This document shows, one piece after another, positions 31,060 to 32,000 of a DNA stretch of 32,000 nt. The DNA comes from Geotalea daltonii FRC-32 (lineage in GTDB: Bacteria; Desulfobacterota; Desulfuromonadia; Geobacterales; Geobacteraceae), in the NCBI RefSeq assembly GCF_000022265.1, contig NC_011979.1, positions 1,410,001-1,442,000 on the forward strand, written 5' to 3'. A program made the translations under genes and the position numbers. Position 1 is the first letter of the stretch; every line of letters starts with the position of its first letter. The notes beneath the pieces were generated by a model. That model was not told the origin of the DNA, did not search any database, and saw nothing but the letters and a program-made list of their open reading frames with translations.

Positions 31060-32000
31060 ATGGCCGAAATTTTCGAGATCAAGCCTGACATTTTCTGGAT
31101 CGGGGTAAAAGACCCAGAACTGCGCACCTTTGACGACCTCTTCCCCACCGAACACGGTACGACCTATAACTCCTACCTGATCAAGGGGAGGGACAAAATT
31201 GCCGTCGTCGATACTGTCAAGGGGAAAAGGGGTGAGGAGTACCTGGAGAAAGTCAAGCAGCTGGTAGATCCTGCCGATATCGATTATTTCGTCGTCAACC
31301 ACACCGAACCGGATCATTCCGGCTCTCTTGCCTTTATGCTCAAGCATTGTCCAAAGGCAAAGGTGGTCTCAACCCAGGCCGCCCATACCTTTCTCGGTAA
31401 TCTGATCCATAATCCATTCCCCTCGCAGATCGTCAAGAATGGGGAGGTAATCGACCTGGGAGGCAAGCGTCTGCGTTTTCTGGTCGTGCCGTTCCTGCAC
31501 TGGCCGGACACCATGTTCGCCCTGCTTGAGGAGGACGAGGTTATCTTCACCTGTGACGCCTTCGGCTCACATTACTGCGGCTCTTCCATTTTCAATGACG
31601 AACTTCCCGATTTCAGCGCCGACATGCAATTTTACTTCGATACCATCATGCGTCCCTTCAAGGATAAGGCGCTGACGGCTATCGACAAGATGAAAAACGA
31701 GAAGATCGCGGTAATCTGCCCGAGCCACGGCCCTGTGCTGCGCAGCGATCCCTGGAAAACGGTGGGACTTTATGAAAGCTGGTGCCGCCCCGAAGCAGGG
31801 GACAAAAAGATCATCCTTTTTTACATTTCTCCCCATGGCAATACGCAAAAAATGGCGGCCAGCGTGGTTAAGGGAGCGGCGGCAGCCGGTGTTCAGGTTG
31901 ACTGCCGGCATATTAATGAGCTTACGGCAGCAGCGATCCGGGATTTGATGGAAGTTGGGGATGCGCTGATTTTCGGCATTCCCACCATTAACCGGGATGT
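31060..32000 (+). CDS. Flavodiiron protein (metallo-beta-lactamase-like plus flavodoxin-like domains), 3' end outside window; not in the ORF track
   Basis: Manual translation from ATG 31060 (AAGGAG at 31047-31052) gives MAEIFEIKPDIFWIGVKDPELRTFDDLFPTEHGTTYNSYLI..VVNHTEPDHSG..PFLHWPDTMF..CPSHGP..KKIILFYISPHGNTQKMA... The frame is open to the window end. Confidence 0.85.
   Translation, partial: MAEIFEIKPDIFWIGVKDPELRTFDDLFPTEHGTTYNSYLIKGRDKIAVVDTVKGKRGEEYLEKVKQLVDPADIDYFVVNHTEPDHSGSLAFMLKHCPKAKVVSTQAAHTFLGNLIHNPFPSQIVKNGEVIDLGGKRLRFLVVPFLHWPDTMFALLEEDEVIFTCDAFGSHYCGSSIFNDELPDFSADMQFYFDTIMRPFKDKALTAIDKMKNEKIAVICPSHGPVLRSDPWKTVGLYESWCRPEAGDKKIILFYISPHGNTQKMAASVVKGAAAAGVQVDCRHINELTAAAIRDLMEVGDALIFGIPTINRD

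Noticed and set aside
31021-31911. Three minus-strand ORFs (108, 78 and 114 aa)
   Set aside because: They are antisense to the flavodiiron protein CDS, which is absent from the track only because it lacks a stop inside the window.
1-32000. CRISPR arrays, rRNA/tRNA genes, IS elements, integrases, phage or defence-system genes
   Set aside because: None was seen. The only tandem repeats are in-frame coding repeats (3-374 and 23515-24410), and no transposase- or recombinase-like ORF is present.

Overview
Gene-dense 32-kb chromosomal segment. It is most likely from a Geobacter-like member of the Desulfuromonadales; this is inferred from the sirC/ccsA-like/hemA/hemC/cobA-hemD operon layout, the fused cobA-hemD and pabB-pabC genes and the overall composition. 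No database search was possible, so all family calls rest on motifs read by eye from the translations. Left third (1-14.3 kb): the 3' end of a very large repetitive surface protein with a dockerin-like tail, plus a small lipoprotein. This is followed by an accessory-looking set of small redox/detox genes under two MarR regulators and one TetR regulator: PNPOx-like, SDR, nitroreductase, YcaC-like hydrolase, a long-tailed amidohydrolase, an orphan radical SAM gene with a CX4CX2C motif, a PabB-PabC fusion, a CapA-like gene and a secreted DsrE-like gene. Middle (14.3-22.9 kb): the core tetrapyrrole operon, a divergent trxA/tlpA-like pair and uvrC. Right third (23-29 kb) is the most unusual part: two convergent two-gene operons encoding exported or membrane proteins I cannot assign to a named system. 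They comprise a 1013-aa protein (CpoB/YbgF-like TPR, near-identical 168-bp tandem repeats encoding a TolA-like Ala/Glu/Lys helix, then beta-sandwich repeats), a LysM+TPR protein, a pseudo-receiver/TM/periplasmic-domain protein and a second LysM protein. The window ends with a DEAD-box helicase that has a long C-rich leader, and the 5' part of a flavodiiron protein. I saw no rRNA, tRNA, CRISPR array, transposase or integrase. Several ORF-track starts were moved to internal ATGs with better ribosome-binding sites. Two edge-truncated CDSs and one 59-aa ORF missing from the track were added by manual translation.
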